From the NCBI RefSeq assembly GCF_009914755.1, contig NC_060925.1: a stretch of DNA of 64,000 nucleotides; one strand, 5' to 3'. How positions within the stretch are numbered: the first letter of the stretch is position 1; each line of letters opens with the position of its first letter. Source of the stretch: the human T2T-CHM13v2.0 reference genome, Homo sapiens. Positions 15,901-34,020 of this stretch are shown here, piece after piece. The position numbers and the translations under genes are program-made. The notes beneath the pieces are model-generated. The model was given only the letters and a program-made list of their open reading frames with translations, had not been told where the DNA came from and did not search any database.

Positions 15901-16587
15901 GAATAGCAGGAATTATAAGGAAAACTAAGAAACAACTATTATCCACAGGAAAGGAAATAAGCCTGGGATAGAAAAAAAGTCTAGTTGGGAGCATTGAGCA
16001 AAATAACAAAATTTCTTTACTTAGTCACTTTGATTCAATTTAATAGGATGCTCTTAAAAGACTTTAAAGTTTTTTTCATTTTGCCCACTGCTTCCAAAGG
16101 CCATCTTTTCATTCCATATCTAGATGGCAGATACTGGAGCAGAAGCAGTGGCAAAAAGCCTCAGTCACATCTTGCCCTGCGGTAGTCCTGTGCAGGGATG
16201 GCATGAATAACTGTAGGAGGCAAAGGAGCAAGCATACCCTTTATACCCTGAGACCCTTGCTCAAAGCTGTCAGTATCTAGCCTGGGAAAGGCTTTTGCTG
16301 CCCATCATGCCTCTCAGGCTTTTTGGTACTCAAAGAACCTAGATGACCCTTTTCATCTGTATCAGGAAGCCACTTTTGGACCCTACTGTCAGCACCATCA
16401 TCTTACTCCTCTCCACCAGGAGGACATATCTTCAAAGTAGCTCCTTCCTACCAGAAAGTTTGGACAATCAGGCCACTCACTGAGTTCAGAGAGACTTCAG
16501 AAGTGGCAGCCTAGGGAATCAGTACTCTGTAAGTGGCCTGGGCACCAGAGGCTGTGGGAGACTTTTTGAAGCTCATGTCTGATAGTA

Positions 16588-16750
16588 ATCGTTCTCAAAG
16601 ATTGACCCCTGGGCCAGCAGCAGCATCTGGGAAACTTATTAGAAATGCAGATTCTCAGGACTCATCCCAGGCCTACTGAATCAGGAGCTCTGGGGGTAGG
16701 ACCCAGCAGTCTGTGTTTTTAATAAGCCTTCTCAAGTTTGAGAACCACTG
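16588..16750. mobile_element. MER5A hAT MITE
   Basis: 'gttctcaaag...ttagaaatgcagattctcagg...tttgagaaccactg'. Confidence 0.8.
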
Positions 16751-16914
16751 TCCTGTATAAACAGGACTAGAAACACCAAGGTTAGGAATCTGTCTCCTTT
16801 TTTCTCTGTATCTCTCCCTAGTACACAATTCTTCAGGTAGTAGACTTAATAAATGTTGTTCAGCAGGTGTTTATTGAGGATGTAGTATGTGGAAAACTGT
16901 AACGTTGAAGCCAA

Positions 16915-16945
<31 letters not shown>

Positions 16946-16951
16946 CACACA
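16915..16951. repeat. (CA)n microsatellite with one interruption
   Basis: Read directly. Confidence 0.9.
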
Positions 16952-17035
16952 TTCATTTGCACATACTCACACACGAGACTTTTTCTTTGGGAGTCTATAA
17001 TTACATATACAAGAGTTAGATCAAAGATAGATCAA

Positions 17036-17325
17036 GGCCGGGCACAGTATCTCATGCCTGTAATCTCAACACTTTGGGAGGCTGAGGTGGGAGGATTACC
17101 TGAGGTCAGGAGTTCAAGACCAGCCTGGCCAACGTGGTGAAACCCTGCCTCTACTAAAAATACAAAAATTAGCCAAGCGTGGTGGCACACACCTGTAATC
17201 CTAGCTACTCAGGAGGCTGAGGCAGGAACCTGGGAGGTGGAGGTTGCAGTGAGCCGAGATCCCACCACTGTACTCCAGCCTCAGTAACAGAATCAGACTC
17301 TGTCTCAAAAAAAAAAAAAAAAAAA
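17036..17325 (+). mobile_element. Alu (AluS) with a small internal deletion
   Basis: 'ggcaggaacctggg' lacks the GAGAATCGCTTG segment. Confidence 0.92.
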
Positions 17326-17468
17326 GATCAAGACAAGGTATTAGGATTGTAATGAGTAGGCTATAAATGATACCACAGGGCAGATCCAGAATGTAGGACA
17401 TTCTACAGGCCTATTAACTTGAGGGGAAAAGTAGAGGAGAGACTACTCTATCTTAAAAGGAGTTAAAG

Positions 17469-18071
<603 letters not shown>

Positions 18072-18108
18072 GATTGAAAAGAGACCTCACAGACATAACC
18101 AAGTACAA

Positions 18109-18318
18109 TCCTCCCAAAGTGCTGAGATTACAGGTGTGAGCCACCATGCCCGGGATTACAGGCGCCTGCCACCATACCCGGCTAATTTTTGTATTTTTAG
18201 TAGAGACAGGGTTTTGCCATGTTGGCCAGGCTGGTCTGGAGCTCCTGACCTCAGGTGATCTGCCTGCCTTGGCTTCCCAAAGTGCTGGGATTACAGGCAT
18301 GAGCCACCGCACCTGGTT
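18109..18318 (-). mobile_element. Rearranged antisense Alu fragments
   Basis: An Alu head fragment is fused at 'cccgg|gattaca' to a truncated antisense Alu. Confidence 0.8.
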
Positions 18319-18498
18319 CTGAAAATGAACTTTTAAAAAGAACAATTTGGGAAACTTCAATATAGACTGTAGATAAGAAGGAATTATCAATTTTTGGCAT
18401 TGTGGTGATAGAAGAAAATACCCTTTCTAAGATGCATGCTAAAGTATTTGGGAGTAAGTTGACATAACACCTATAATTTGCTTTAAAATGCTTCAGCA

Positions 18499-19008
<510 letters not shown>

Positions 19009-19289
19009 TTAATGAATGGCGTAGACACTGATGGTGGAGTTCAGACGAGGGTGTAGTAGCAAAGACTAGAACCACTACAGAAAGATTTGCGGGGGAGATG
19101 GAAGTGTGCATTTCCTTCCTCCCTTCCTCCCTCCCTCCCTCTCTCCCTTCCTGTGTTACCATCTCCCATACCAGGTAGGGTGCGGTATTAAAACAGCATG
19201 GCAGGAGTGTGGGTATCTTTTGGGGAGGTGGGAGATTGCCTGGGGAAGTTGGTGGCCAGAATGGAGAGGAATGTGGGGAATGCCAGGCT

Positions 19290-19760
19290 GGGCACCCGGC
19301 TGGACCTTGTACTGAAGCCAGTGATGAGGCTTCTGTGCAAAGAGAGTGATGCAACCTGTGTTCCAGGCAGATTAATGTGGATAATGCTGGCGTGAGTCCG
19401 AGAGGTCTGGTAAGGGGCTGTTACCCAGGTCCAGGCATGAGGAAGGGATAAAAGCTTGCATTGTACAGAAGTGACAGTGACAAGAGACATTTCAGATGAA
19501 TCAAGAATCAGCAGAATCTGCTGGTGACCATTTATGAAGCTAGTATGGGTGAGGCAAAGTAGTACTTGAACAATGGGATAAATGGCTGTCCTGTTTAATG
19601 GAAATAAGGAAACTGAGATGATTTGGGAGATGAGGATTAGGGGTTGATTTTGAACGTGCAAAATGGGTGGAAACAGAACAACCAAGCTGAGATATTTCAA
19701 ACAACAGATTGTTCCAAACAATAGGCTATTTCAGGGGTGAGATGAGGAGACTCAGAATCA
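19290..19760 (-). mobile_element. L2 fragment
   Basis: 'ggctgttacccaggtccaggcatgagg' and purine-rich L2 body. Confidence 0.5.
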
Positions 19761-21014
19761 AATAGATCCACTGGGATGAAATCGTTCACCCCGGCCCCTT
19801 TCCCATATAAAACCTGATTGAAGTTTGAGGATGAAGGTCTGAAAATGAATCTGGGAAAGTGAGTGGTCTAGCCAAGATGGAACTATGGGGGAGGGTGAGG
19901 AGACAAGTTGGTGTCTCCACAGGTGCTGAAGAAACCTCGCTTTTGACATCCTGCTCTCCTGTGACTTTGCTTCCTGTTGTGATAGGAGAACCTGCCCAGT
20001 GTTCCATGGGGCATGGCTCTAGAGTCATTCTGTTTACACCGAGCTGCCTCTCGGTTGGATAACTGTGTGGCTGAAGAACGACACGGAGCATTAAGCTAGG
20101 CCCCCGAGAGTGGGGACCAGCTCTATTTCCCCTGTCCCAAGTACACAGGATATAACGTGCCCTCCCTGGAGATGTCCACAGGGTGCTGCTGACCTCCCAG
20201 GTCCCTGCCTCACAGAACAGGGGGATTCTCTTCCTGTCATGACTATTTAGTTACTGGGCTAACAAACAAGAAAAAGTCACATGGGGCAGGATTTCAAGAG
20301 CAGAGTTACTTCAGTTGCCTGTGGAAATAACACCAGGTTGTGCAAGAAGACTTTTAGGCTGAAAAAGGCATGTTAAATCTTGGTCTGATGGTCTGACCAT
20401 CTGAAAAACACAGCCCGTTTTTTCTTTTTTGGAGCTGCAGATAGGACAATGATGAGACCGTACCTCTCTCATGCCCCACAAAAGACACAAAAAGAGAGAG
20501 GCCTGAGTTTTGTGATACCCGAGAAGATTTGCATTGGTTTATCTGAGTCCTCATTTTCAGCAAATGACAGCAAGAGGCCAATAAGACACAAAGGGATTTT
20601 TTTTTTCTTTTTTTGCTCAACTGCCTTCCTTCCTGCTAAAAATCTCTCAAGCTCTGCCCATCCCTCTTCTTTACCCCACCCTGTCCCTACCACAAACCCA
20701 CTTCCTCCTCAAAGTCCCAGCCCTCCCACTAGCACACTCTTTCTCCCCTGCCCCTTCTGCTCCCCTCCCATGGCTGCTAGCTCAGGGGTCATGCCCAGGC
20801 AGCCTGATGCAGGCCAGGATTCTCACTTCACTCAGCAGCCCCCAACAAAGCTGGCACTGTCTAACTGGGTCACCTTGGGAGAAGGCAGGCAGGAGTGACT
20901 GGGGTTGTGTCCTGAGAGCACGGCCAACATGGCCCTGTCTTGTTGTAATCACTTTCAATATGGCTTCTTATTATCACTATTTACAATATTATGAATGTAT
21001 GAAGAAGAGCTACC

Positions 21015-21250
21015 ACCAAGTGAGTACCTACTGTCTTCCAAGCATAGTGCTCCACACATTACATGCCTTTTCTCCTTTAATCACCCCGCAAACACATGAA
21101 GTAGCAGCTATCACAATACCCTTTTTAAACATGAGGAAATAAGGTTTAGAGAGGTTAAGCAACTTGCCCAAGACCAGGTAGCACCAAGCGGCAGCACTGG
21201 GATGCAGATTCAGATGTGCCTAGTTCCCAGCCCCCTCCTCTTAACCATCT
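21015..21250 (-). mobile_element. MIR SINE
   Basis: 'atgaggaaataaggtttagagaggttaagcaacttgcccaag'. Confidence 0.8.
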
Positions 21251-21469
21251 TGACATAGGCTTGAGTGGCATTTATCTTGACTTATTCCCACCTAATGAAG
21301 TAGGAAGACCATTCAAACAGGAAGCCATCTGGGGTGAGGGGAAGCTGGTCACTGGGGATCTGGGGTCAGACTGCCCAGAAACCATGGGGATCTAGAAATG
21401 GTCATCTGCAGAGTAGCCTGCTCTTTCTCAAGGGAGTTGTGGCCAAGCTCTATCTTTGCCAGGCCTCTG

Positions 21470-22040
21470 GGCTAATATCCTAGTTGGTTTAGTGGTAATA
21501 GGGCCAAGGTCACGAATCTGATTCCTTTGTGGGCCAGTGAACTTCCATCCACTCCAGTGTCACAGGCAGCACTCCTAACTTTGACCAACGGTTCTCAACT
21601 TCAGACCATTGGATGAGAATAAAAATGGTTTAGGCCGGGCGTGGTGGCTCATGCCTGCAATCCCAGCCTTTGGGAGGCTGAGATAGGGGGAATGCATGAG
21701 CCCAGGAGTTTGAGACCAGCCTGGGCAACATAGTGAGACTCCATCTCTGCAAAAAATACTTTTAAAAACAATTAGCTGGGGATGGTGGTGTGCACCTATA
21801 GTCCCAGCTACTCAGGAGACCGAGGTAGGAAGATCACTTGCGCCTAGGAGGTCGAGGCTGCAGTGAGCCAAGATTGTGCCACTGCACTCCAGCCTGGGTG
21901 ACAGAACAAGACCCTGTCTCAAAACAACAACAACAAAAAAATGGTTTAACACAACTCTTTAATTTTTTTAAATAAATAACCCATAAAAGCATGTACTCTG
22001 CAGATGGATGGGCAAGAGTTACAACCCTTATATAAAAACT
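21470..22040 (+). mobile_element. tRNA-Ile(AAT)-derived SINE (MamSINE1-like), split by an AluJ (21633-21941)
   Basis: 21470-21536 'agttggttt..gtggtaatagggccaaggtcacgaatctgattcctttgtgggcca' aligns by eye to tRNA-Ile(AAT); the Alu TSD is aaaaatggttt. Confidence 0.55.
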
Positions 22041-22630
22041 GTTTTCTATTTGCAATAGAAGAGACCTGGTATCTCAGTGAATCCCAATCCCTGAAAGGAC
22101 AAGCTCCAAATTTACTCCTTCTCTCCCAAAAGGTATTACTGGGAAATGGTAGAAGTGTTCCAATCCAGTTGAGATATCACATTTTAATTGTTTTGAGCTG
22201 GTTGAGGTCACGACACACCACGTTCTCATCAGGTGTCTCTGAGACAAAAGCAAAATCTTAATGTTCAGTAACTCAGCACAGATCCAGTACAGGACACAGA
22301 ACACTGTGGAAATGAATACTATGAGGAAAAGCTATACAAACTGGCCTCTTGTAGAGATGGCTGCAGACTGTAGGGATTGTGAATGATCCCAAACAGGCTC
22401 TGGGCCAATGAAGGAGGCAACCTCCACTGTGTACACAGCACTGCAGTGGGCTTGGTGGAGAGCCATGGCCGTCTGTGAACTTTGGCCTGAACTTTGGAGG
22501 AGACAGAGCACACATGCATGCATGCAAAAACAGACAGAAACATGCAACCAAAACATTGTGTACGTAATGGTGGGAGGGCAGAGAGACAAAGCGAAAAGAA
22601 CCAAGTGGATTTAAACAAGAAACAAATATC

Positions 22631-22945
22631 TGGCTGGGCGCGGTGGCTCACGCCTGTAATCCCAGCACTTTGGGAGGCCGAGGCGGGTGGACCAACTGAA
22701 GTCGGGAGTTCGAGACCAGCCTGACCAACATGGAGAAACCCCACCTCTACTAAAAATACAAAATTAGCCAGGCGTGGTGGCACATGCCTGTAATCCCAGC
22801 TACTCAGGAGGCTGAGGCAGGAAAATCGCTTGAACTCAGGAGGCGGAGGTTGCGGTGAGCCGAGATTGTGCCATTGCAGTGCAGCCTGGGCAACAAGAGC
22901 GAAACTCCATCTCAAAAAAAGAAAGAAAAAGAAAGAAGGAAAAAC
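22631..22945 (+). mobile_element. Alu (AluSp-like)
   Basis: Full dimer with 'gtcgggagttcgagaccagcctgaccaacatggagaaac'. Confidence 0.93.
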
Positions 22946-23179
22946 AAATTTCCAAAAGAGGAAAGAGGGAGAGCATGGAGCTTGGAGCTGAAGATTCCAA
23001 GTCTAGATGGAGAGAATAATGTGAGTCTGTGTGTAGACACAGGACCGAGCTCCTAGGGTGCCAGTGGAGCTCCAGGCCTGTGCCCAGGAGAGAACTGGAG
23101 ATGAGGCCAGCTCTAGTCTATGGCATTGTGCAATGCCAGTTGGTTGGGATGGTTCTACCCCCAATCTATACCAAATTAA

Positions 23180-23700
23180 TTAATTCATCAACATTTATTG
23201 AGTGTCTACAAGTGACTGGCATTGTACAAGTCACAGAAATATAATGATGCTTAATAAATAGTTTTACCTTCAAAGAGTCTATGATCCAGTCTAGTTGGGG
23301 ACAAAAAAGCAAAGAGATGATTACAGTATCCTGTGACTATGATAGAGATCTGCCTGGGGTGCTCAGAGGTAACAGAGGGGGGAGATTGAGCTCAGGACAG
23401 TGTCAAGGATGGTGGTACCTGAGTTATCTTGAAGAACACATAGAAAATAGATGGTAAAGAAGGTGGGAAAAAGGCAATCTTAGAGCTCAATCTGGGCAAA
23501 GGCATAAAAGAGAGTTCCCACCTCACTGGGAACTGTAAGCAGTGTTTAGTGACAGGGAGTGTTGAGAAATGATTTTGAAGATACAGGCAGAACCAAATTT
23601 GAATTTAAATGTCAGACCAAGGATGCAGTGGGAAGCATTGTTCAGATGAAAGGTTTTAAGCAAGGAAATACTAGTGTTAGCATTTAATCCTGAGTTGTAG
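23180..23700 (-). mobile_element. L2 3' fragment
   Basis: 'ttcatcaacatttattgagtgtctac'. Confidence 0.65.
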
Positions 23701-24074
23701 TCATGGATATAGGGTGAGAAGATAGAACAGCTTTTATGGTAAATAAGTACAACACCCCTCCTCAATGTCTACCCTTTCTCCCAGCAAGCCTGCTATCTCC
23801 AACATTTCCTTTTCCTCATGCCCCTTGTACTACTCAACACATATCAAAAATGCTGGGAAAGTCAGCCTAATTCTACTTCCACTAAGGAACATCAGCAGGC
23901 CTGGTGTGGCACTTAAAACGGCCTCGAATTAACTCCAAAGTGCCCTCTAAAGTTACCCAGGAGACCGAGAAGTGATTTGTTAGGAAGATGCCATCCAAAG
24001 TCTTACAAATATCTTTTACCTGCCAGTCCAAAATCTCAGGAAAATGGTAGACTCCTGAGTCAGCATAGTCATAA

Positions 24075-24410
<336 letters not shown>

Positions 24411-24412
24411 TA

Positions 24413-24425
24413 GGATGGATGGATG

Positions 24426-24484
<59 letters not shown>
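24413..24484. repeat. Compound STR (GGAT)4(AGAT)14
   Basis: Read directly. Confidence 0.95.
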
Positions 24485-26529
24485 CAGCCAGTACTAGTTT
24501 TGGCTTCACAATCATATCCTGCTACCAAATTTTCCTTTTCAACAGCTGCCGTCTTAAAGTTGTAAGAACTTTAACCTATTTATATCTGATTGGTTTTGCC
24601 TCTAAAGTGATTAAAATGCCCATTTGATTTCCAAGATGCTGTGGGTATTAGGGGCACAGGCTAGCTTTTCAAATGGGTTTGTCTCTTTCAAAACAGGAAG
24701 CAGCATTGTCCAAGTTCATTAAAAATCAGCATTGGAGAACACTTACTGAGTGCCTAATTATGTAATCAGATTTTGGCCTGGGGCTGGGAATAACATTTCA
24801 AAGAGAGAGGAAGAGTCTGGCTGAACCTGGTTGGATTTAAAAAAAAAAAAAAAAAAAGCAAGAGTGAAAGATCAAGCCAGCTGGGTCCCTATCCATGTAT
24901 GCTGGTCTCTGTTAGTTCCATGTCCTTGAGCCAGGTGGCCAAGGTAACTAGACTTGGCATGTCCTACTTCCCCAGATCCAGAAATTAGCGATCCTTTCCC
25001 AGGGATAGTGTCAGACCCCTTTCAGGTGTGATTGTCATTGGGGCATCATGCCTAGTGGGAACAGACTAACTTTGAATAAAAAAATTTTGAGGCGGTAAGA
25101 CATGTCTGTATTTTTCAAACTCAAATGAGTTGATACCCAGCCCAACTCATACTGCGGTTGGTGACAAGAACTGAATCACACCTCTCCTGACTTCCACCAT
25201 GCTGTCTCCTTTTCTCCTTGCCAATTCACTATCACCTTGGAGCCACAAAAATGCAAAACAAACCTGAACCTTGTGTTGTGAGGTAAGCCCATGAGTCATG
25301 GTTGAACAGCAGTTTCTTTTTCTCCATGTTAGCTGTGTTTTTCCTTCACTGTGGCCCAAACAAGCATCAACTTGGTGACATCAATTCATCATGTTATGGA
25401 GTAGGCACTGTGTTTGGAGATGGTAGATTCTGCAATGACTCAGGTGGTAGGGTATTTTCTTCTGATAGAGTACCCAGGAGGGATTTATGAGTTCAGAAGG
25501 CAGTAGAGTAGGGCACCTGCTTTCATTCACTGTCAGGTGGTCAGCAAAAACTTCAAGCAGAAGAAAGAATTTCAAAACATGTTAAATGCCTGGGTGTGGG
25601 GAAAGCTCCCAGGGCAAGAGGAAGGCAACTCTCAGAATGAGCTGCCTGAGATTTGCAAGATAATTGATTGGCTGAGGCCTTGTGGCACCTTCTAAAATTG
25701 GGTGTGGCTGGAAATAGCTGTTGGGGGAACCATGGGAAAGACAGAGCTCTGCTTTGAGTTCCAGGACTGTCCTGCAGGGCAGGTGTCCACTATGCTCCTA
25801 ATCTCTGCTCTGTCCTTAGCCACCACCTCCGCCCTTCTTTTTCCATATCAGCTGTACTCAGCCCTTTCAAGCTTATCTCAAACTTTTGCATAAAACTCCT
25901 TCTATCCCGTGATACTTTTTGTCCTTTACAGAGTATACCCAGATCTCCAGGGTCAAAACTCCTTTTTCCCTTCCAATTTTTCCAAATGTTCCCACTTGGT
26001 GGCCAAATGTTTTTTTGAGCAATTATCATGTGCTGTTGGGAAATTCACAAGTTATAAAACAGTCACTGTAGCCTGACCAGGGAGACATACAGGTGATAAT
26101 ATTAAACAATAATACAAAGTAGTATAGGATTACCTGACAAAAATATACAATGGGTGGGAAATGTCTCAGGAATTTAGAGGGTTAGGAGATTATACTGGGG
26201 CTGGAATCCACAGTGAGGGCCTCATGGAAAAGCAAAATTTCAGTCTAGCTGGTGAGTGAGTGGGGCTAGGAAGGCTTTAAGTAAGGCAAGTTTAGGGAAC
26301 ATATACTTGGAGAGACAGTTTTATGGTAGGGGATAATAAAAATAATGTTTAACAACTAAAGAGCACCTTATAATTTACAACTTTTCTCACACACACATAC
26401 ACACGCACACACAAACACAATTGAATTTAAGAGGGGCAAGATAAGCCAGATAACAGAACCTTCTGAATATCATCAAAGATCTGGAAGTTTCAGCAATGTT
26501 GTGGTCACCTACCTCCTGCCAAGCAATCT

Positions 26530-26820
26530 TGTATATCGTATCTCATTTAATTCAAGAAGTAGTCTTGTGAGGTAGATGTTGTTATCACCATTTTACATAT
26601 GAGTAAATTAATGGTTAAGGAACTTCTCAAGATCACATAGTTAATAATAATAATAATAGCAATTACACATGGTAATCACTATATGCCAGACACTATTTAA
26701 GTATTCTTACAACAACTCTATAAAGTAAGAACTCTTGTTAACCCCATTTTTAGATGGGAAAAACTGAAGTGTGGAGATGTTAAAACACCTGCCTAAGGTA
26801 TACAACTAAGAAATGTCAGA
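26530..26820 (-). mobile_element. Two MIR fragments
   Basis: 'ccattttacatatgagtaaatt' and 'ccccatttttagatgggaaaaactgaag'. Confidence 0.65.
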
Positions 26821-26959
26821 AACTAGCCACAAATGTGAGACATATACATAATTTTAAATGTTCTAGCAGCCACATTAAAAAATAAAAAGAAACAAGTAAA
26901 ATTAATTTTAATAATACATTTTATTTAACCAAATATCTCCAAAGTATTTTAAAATTCAT

Positions 26960-27111
26960 TTTTATGTTTTATGTTTTTAGAGACAGTCTTGCTCTGTCAC
27001 CCAGGCTGAAGTGCAATGGTGCAATCATAGCTTATTGCAGCCTCAAACTCCTAGGCTCAAGGGATCCTCCCACCTCAGCCTCCTGAGTAGCTTGGACTAC
27101 CATGCCCAGCC
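26960..27111 (-). mobile_element. Internally deleted AluJ
   Basis: Right arm joined directly to the head ('gactaccatgcccagcc'). Confidence 0.8.
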
Positions 27112-28499
27112 AAAATATTATTTCAACATATAATCCATATTAAAAATTATTAAATATATATTATATTCTTTTTAATGTGAAATCTCTGAATTGAGTATTT
27201 TTAAACATACAGCATATTTCAATTCAAATGCTAAATTTGCATCAGAAATATTTGATCTGTATATTTCACACACTTTATAGTTTTAAAAAATAGATTCACA
27301 TACCCAAGTTATTCCAAACATACTTAAAAGTTTTCCAATAACTAAGTTGAGTACCAAAAATAATTTTCTTTTAACATTTACATCCATATTGTCAAATCTG
27401 GTTTCTTTATTTTTAGAAGAATTAACTTGACTTTAAAGCAAACTTATTATCAGTTTCAAATTATGTCTGTTTAATTCAGTAACTCTTGTGTCAACTCAGT
27501 ATTATTAAAGTTGAATTCAAAGGGGTATTACATAAGTTGAAAATAAATGATACATTCATCAATTATATAATGTATTCATATTCTTAGTTTCACAACAAAT
27601 TTGCATAATACTGTTTATTATAATGAAAATTTGCATGTTAATTTGTTAGAAGAATGTATAAGATTGTTATTGATTTGTATTACGAAAAATTTTAGTTTCA
27701 ACATAGATTTTTGTACTTGTCTAGCTAGGTCATGGATAAGACTTTTCCTTTCCTCGAAGCTTCAAATTTAGCTCATTCATATGCTGTGTGATATCAATGA
27801 GAAAACAAAATCACACTGCTGTTTTTGGTCTTTTATTATTAAATATTTGGAAAGTATTCCTTTTGTTTCAAGAAAATTTTAAATGAGAATTAACAGTACA
27901 TTAAACCTTTGTAAAGATCTCTCCACTACTCAACCAATGGGCATTGGAAAAGAGCACAAGATCATTACATTTACTTTCTTTTATGTATTTCTACAGTTCT
28001 ACGAGCTGATGATTCATAGCATTTGCACATATATTTAACAACTGTATCATGACACTGTTCAGAAAACTGAACATAAATATCTTCAATATGTATAAGAGCA
28101 ACAAAGTAATAGAAGAAATATCAGTTTCTTGCTTTAAAATTGCAATAAATCTAGACTTTTGATTTAACATAGCCAGAGCACCCTTCTTTGTGATAGAATC
28201 TGTGTTATATCTAGCTGACTGTTTTCTTTGACAGGAATAAAAGACTCAAAAACATCTACACCAGTTAGTTCACTAAATAGGCTGCAAAATAGCAATACTT
28301 GTTTTTTATAAGTTTGAAAGTCCTTTTAAGACAAAACACATTCAAAGTATTAATTGAGCAGGTCCTCTTATATAACTTCTCAAAGTAGAAGAAAGTCCTT
28401 GTAATTTTCCAAAACTTAAATCAATTGAACTTTGGTATTGTTAGAAAAATTTTGTATTCAATAGGCAGTTGTTTGGCAGGTTAAATTGAAGGGCTTTCA

Positions 28500-29860
<1,361 letters not shown>

Positions 29861-30171
29861 CTTTAACTTTTTGTAAAATATATTTTACATTTTTTCTTAT
29901 ACTTTTCCACCAATATATCCATGACTAAAATAATAATTTCTTTTATTACCTCTCTATCTAAAAATGACTTTCTTTTTTGTGTAAGAATCTATGTCATCTT
30001 ATAGTAGGCCAACATTATATGCTCAGATACCGCGAAAAATTGTTTAAAATATTTGTTGGGCATATAATTCTAATTTCAGGCAACCAATATTAATTCTTTT
30101 TTAACTGCTGAGAGTAAATGTCTTACCAAGTTCACTATATATTTGCTGAAAATGTCTCATACTATTGTTTA

Positions 30172-30463
30172 CTTCTTTTTTTGGGTGGGGGGATGGAGTC
30201 TTGCTCTGTTGCCCAGGCTGGATTGCATTGGTGCCATCTTGGCTTACTGCAACCTCTGCCTCCTGGGTTCAAGCCTGCCTCAGCCTCCCAAGTAGCTGGG
30301 AGTACAGGCGTGTGCTCCATGCCTGGCTAATTTTTGTATTTTTAGTAGAGACGGGGTTTCGCCATGTTGGCCAGGCTGGTCTCGAACTCCTTTCCTGAAG
30401 TGATCCACCTGCCTCAGCCTCCCAAAGTGCTGGGAGTACAGGTGTGAGCCACCGCACCCGGCC
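30172..30463 (-). mobile_element. Alu (AluS)
   Basis: Dimer with TSD tgtttactt. Confidence 0.9.
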
Positions 30464-30548
30464 TGTTTACTTTATATTTTTAAATAAAATAAACAGCTTT
30501 TAAATTTTGCTCTGCTGCAGCAAATTGCAATTGCTGTTCACTTTGTAA

Positions 30549-31284
<736 letters not shown>

Positions 31285-32259
31285 TAAAAATTTTCCATAC
31301 TCACTTTTTAAACTAAAAACCTAGTTTATTATATAATAATTAAAATTAAAATATGCATTTTAATTATTTATATTATTGTTATATATTATTTATATTATTG
31401 TTTATATTAATTATTTATATTATTGTTACAATGTAACAATATTTTCCACACTGTGTTTAATGGAAAAATGATTTTCAGTGTCTCAGGTTTTTGATTAAAA
31501 TTAAATATAAAATTCAATTCCTCAGTCACACTAGTCACATTTCAAATGCTCAGTAGCCACATTTGTCTAGTGGCTAACATATATTCGACAACACAGCTCT
31601 AGAATGTCTCTTAGTGGCAGAAGCTGAGCTATGATTCAAATCTTGATTCTAAGTCAGTATCCCTTCCTCTACCCCTCATTGCCTCTCAAGCAAGGAGTTC
31701 TGGCTGCTAGGAGACATCCTTGTGGCCTCCCAGGTTCAAGGTCTATAAACTGGGTCAAGAGATCCAACCAAGACTCCAGGCAAGTAAGAGGCTGAAAGGA
31801 GAGGCACGGGTCTACTGAGAAGTGAAAGGAGACAAGTGAAGCATAAACCACTTCTGATAGTTGTGGTCCAAGGACACACAAAGACCTAGGCTCAATAAAA
31901 GCAAGAAAAAGCAGAAAAGAATGGAGCTTCAAGTTCAGTTCTGAGATGACCATTGTCCAAAAATGAGGTAAGAGGAAAGGCTGAAAGCTGGAGATGCCCT
32001 TCTATTCTTTTATTCTCATGAGTTTCTCTCCTTACTCTGCAGTTTGTCTGCACCTTCCAGTATTTGGTTCCTCCAGATGGCCCATCTCTTCTCTTTTCTT
32101 TTAGTGTTTGTGCCTTCTAGGTGGGTTTCTATTTTTTCACAAGTTGTACAGTTCCCTACGTTTTGCAAACCTTTCCCTCTCCTCCCTGGACTAGTGCCTT
32201 TAGGTCCAGTCCATTCAGAAAATCACTCCATTATTAAAAATACTCAGAATGCACTTTCT

Positions 32260-34020
<1,761 letters not shown>

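Noticed and set aside
21470-21536. Functional tRNA-Ile gene
   Set aside because: Stems and B-box are decayed and there is no Pol III terminator; better explained as a SINE head.
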